This document shows, piece by piece, positions 23,301 through 24,139 of a stretch of 24,139 nucleotides of DNA. The stretch is from positions 1 to 24,139 of the IMG/VR virus record IMGVR_UViG_3300045988_181603. One strand, written 5' to 3'. The first letter of the stretch is position 1; the number at the start of each line of letters is the position of its first letter. This stretch comes from a virus. The notes beneath the pieces are model-generated. The model made no database searches. It saw nothing but the letters and a program-made list of their open reading frames with translations, and was not told the DNA's origin. Position numbers and translations under genes: made by a program.

Positions 23301-23711
23301 ATGTTGAGAAAAAAGAAATTTTCGTTGAATAAAAGAAGCGAGCATATTGTTTCCTGCGATTTTCGGAAGATTCCGGACTACATATACAATAATGCCGGTA
23401 TCAAGCGAGAAGAAATAATACAGTTTCCTCTGGTGCGCATGGAAGGGCAAAATAAATTACTGATAAATGAGAATGACCCAGATTGGGAAGTTCTCTCAAT
23501 GTATTTATCTGCTCTGGATACACTTCCTGATCAGATTCTCATGGATTTGTATGGACTTTATGATAAAGAGTGCAAAGGAGTTACACTTCAAACTGTAAGA
23601 GGTTGTTCAGATACAGAAACTGCACGAAATATTATCTATATCGTTCTCCCAGAAATCTTATGGTGTCATGGTAATGTAACAATCAAAGGGAAAATTTTCC
23701 CAGATAAATAG
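23301..23711 (+). CDS. Hypothetical protein (136 aa)
   Basis: ATG 7 nt after AGGAGGG; no recognised motif. Confidence 0.55.
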   Translation: MLRKKKFSLNKRSEHIVSCDFRKIPDYIYNNAGIKREEIIQFPLVRMEGQNKLLINENDPDWEVLSMYLSALDTLPDQILMDLYGLYDKECKGVTLQTVRGCSDTETARNIIYIVLPEILWCHGNVTIKGKIFPDK

Positions 23712-23726
23712 AGCAACGGCAATCAT

Positions 23727-23761
23727 AAGACGTCTGTCAATATGGCAGGCGTCTTTTTTTG
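23727..23761 (+). terminator. Intrinsic terminator immediately upstream of the tape measure gene
   Basis: aagacgtctg / caggcgtctt stem (one U-G pair on the plus strand) followed by TTTTTTT. Confidence 0.7.
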
Positions 23762-23789
23762 TACTCGGATTCCATAGAAAGGAGTAAAC

Positions 23790-24139
23790 ATGGCAGATAA
23801 TACAATTGACAGTCTTTCCATTGAAATTAGTAGTAATGCTTCCGGAGCTTCTCGCTCAATCACTAATTTGTGTAACAGACTTGAACGGTTAGATAGAACA
23901 ACATTTTCTGGAATAAAAAATTTAAAACGGTATTCCCGACAAATGAACGAGCTTAACGAAGCTGCACGAAAATTAAATAGTGTCAAGTTCAACAACAAGC
24001 TCTTTAATTTAAAGACTCCCAATCTCTCTAATTTCCTTGCAAACATTAAAAATGTGGGTAATTCCTCGCAGAGGGCTATGCCACAGGTTAAAAATTTTTC
24101 AAAAAATCTTTCGAGCATTGAAAGTAATGCAAAAAAAGG
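23790..24139 (+). CDS. Tail tape measure protein, 5' part (continues at position 1 across the circular junction)
   Basis: ATG at 23790 lies 6 nt after AAAGGAG. The frame is open to the window end and is in frame with the 34..4245 track ORF after subtracting 24020. Full protein = 77 + 1414 = 1491 aa. Confidence 0.8.
   Translation, partial: MADNTIDSLSIEISSNASGASRSITNLCNRLERLDRTTFSGIKNLKRYSRQMNELNEAARKLNSVKFNNKLFNLKTPNLSNFLANIKNVGNSSQRAMPQVKNFSKNLSSIESNAKK
24021..24139. repeat. Terminal overlap copy 2 (identical to 1-119)
   Basis: Same as above. Consistent with an assembler k-mer overlap on a circular contig. Confidence 0.95.

Larger units (their letters stand above)
1..24020. mobile_element. 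Circular ~24.0 kb plasmid / phage-satellite-like replicon (unit length; 24021-24139 repeats 1-119)
   Basis: Exact 119-bp identity of the window ends. The tape measure ORF is in frame across the junction. Plasmid rep/par/res modules sit alongside phage-like genes. Confidence 0.8.

Noticed and set aside
23723-24118. 131-aa minus-strand ORF at the window end
   Set aside because: It is antisense to the 5' part of the tape measure gene, which has an ATG at 23790 with a good RBS and continues across the circular junction. It has no RBS of its own.

Overview
The first 119 bp (1-119) are identical to the last 119 bp (24021-24139), and one long ORF reads in frame across that junction. The window is therefore best read as a closed circular replicon of about 24,020 bp with an assembly overlap. 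Strong GGAGG ribosome-binding sites, many TGnTATAAT extended -10 promoters and low GC suggest a Firmicutes/Clostridia-type host (inference).

The content is a mosaic of two kinds of module.

(a) A complete low-copy plasmid maintenance set:
- a Rep_3-type initiator with 4-5 upstream 21-22 bp iterons;
- ParA plus a small RHH ParG-like protein, flanked on both sides by ATAGATAT/AGCTAGACC repeats;
- a small serine recombinase whose promoter overlaps res-like repeats;
- a tyrosine recombinase;
- two unannotated type I toxin-antitoxin loci, one Hol-Tox-like and one Fst/par(pAD1)-like.

(b) Phage or phage-satellite-like genes:
- a 1491-aa tail tape measure protein, the only virion structural gene present;
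- two tandem small-terminase-like paralogs with no large terminase;
- a Bro-N/KilAC antirepressor;
- a SaPI/PICI-style replication module (degenerate primase zinc-finger protein, AAA_25 RepA-like helicase, adjacent iteron cluster).

No capsid, portal, large terminase, tail tube, lysis, relaxase, tRNA, rRNA or CRISPR features were seen.

Leading hypothesis (inference): this is a plasmid-borne phage satellite that hijacks a helper phage for packaging and supplies its own tape measure protein.

Other unexplained signals:
- a roughly 320-nt hairpin-dense non-coding region next to the tyrosine recombinase gene;
- an array of five tandem promoter-like units at 22746-23040;
- a GC-rich island of nested inverted repeats at 15477-15603;
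- a promoter followed by a long-hairpin leader upstream of the helicase operon.

All functional calls rest on motif recognition by eye. No database searches were run.
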